Shown here: in pieces, positions 48,164 to 48,250 of the stretch
Numbering within the stretch: the first letter of the stretch is position 1
How the letters are laid out: each line of letters opens with the position of its first letter
NCBI GenBank assembly: GCA_049999805.1
Contig: JBNGIO010005900.1
Span: forward strand, 62,001-110,250
Direction of reading: 5' to 3'
From: Folioceros fuciformis
Lineage: Eukaryota
Length of the DNA: 48,250 nt
Position numbers and translations under genes: made by a program
Notes under the pieces: model-generated
Seen by the model: the letters and a program-made list of their open reading frames with translations, nothing else
Databases searched by the model: none
What the model was told of the DNA's origin: nothing

Positions 48164-48250
48164 TGTTAAGTTCGCATGTAGCGGGAGGTGAGAGCCGGAG
48201 GGTGAGAGAGCGTGTGTGTGCAAACTACTCAATATGATAATTAATAGAAA
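48164..48250. mobile_element. Probable start of a nested insertion (LTR-like, begins TGTT)
   Basis: Copia homology stops at GAC TGG GCA G, after which unrelated TGTTAAGTTCGC... follows. This does not match the candidate 5' LTR at 42949. Confidence 0.55.

Overview
Gene-dense eukaryotic nuclear DNA from an early-diverging land plant. The very short 50-160 bp GT-AG introns and tight gene spacing suggest a hornwort or similar compact bryophyte/lycophyte genome (inference). Manual splicing supports 11 intact-looking protein genes: FANCI (3' part), a hidden 4-exon gene for an unrecognised 182-aa probably plastid-targeted protein, an intronless secreted 513-aa protein with a permuted papain-like (NlpC/P60) signature, an NPF/NRT1-PTR transporter, a DUF1995+SAP protein, TON1, an HhH-GPD DNA glycosylase, a YnbB/aluminium-resistance PLP enzyme, NFXL1, an SDG40-like SET protein and a pterin-4a-carbinolamine dehydratase. 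Also present: an intron-retaining BUD23/WBSCR22 pseudogene interrupted by a fold-back element, a decayed MULE-type transposase, a decayed Ty1/copia element apparently interrupted by a nested insertion at the window end, several minisatellites and one assembly gap. No rRNA, tRNA or CRISPR array seen. I found no multi-gene novel system that I can demonstrate. The best leads are the hidden 182-aa gene, the predicted Cys/His catalytic dyad of the 513-aa protein, and the hairpin inside the BUD23 pseudogene. Family assignments come from motif recognition by eye, not database searches.
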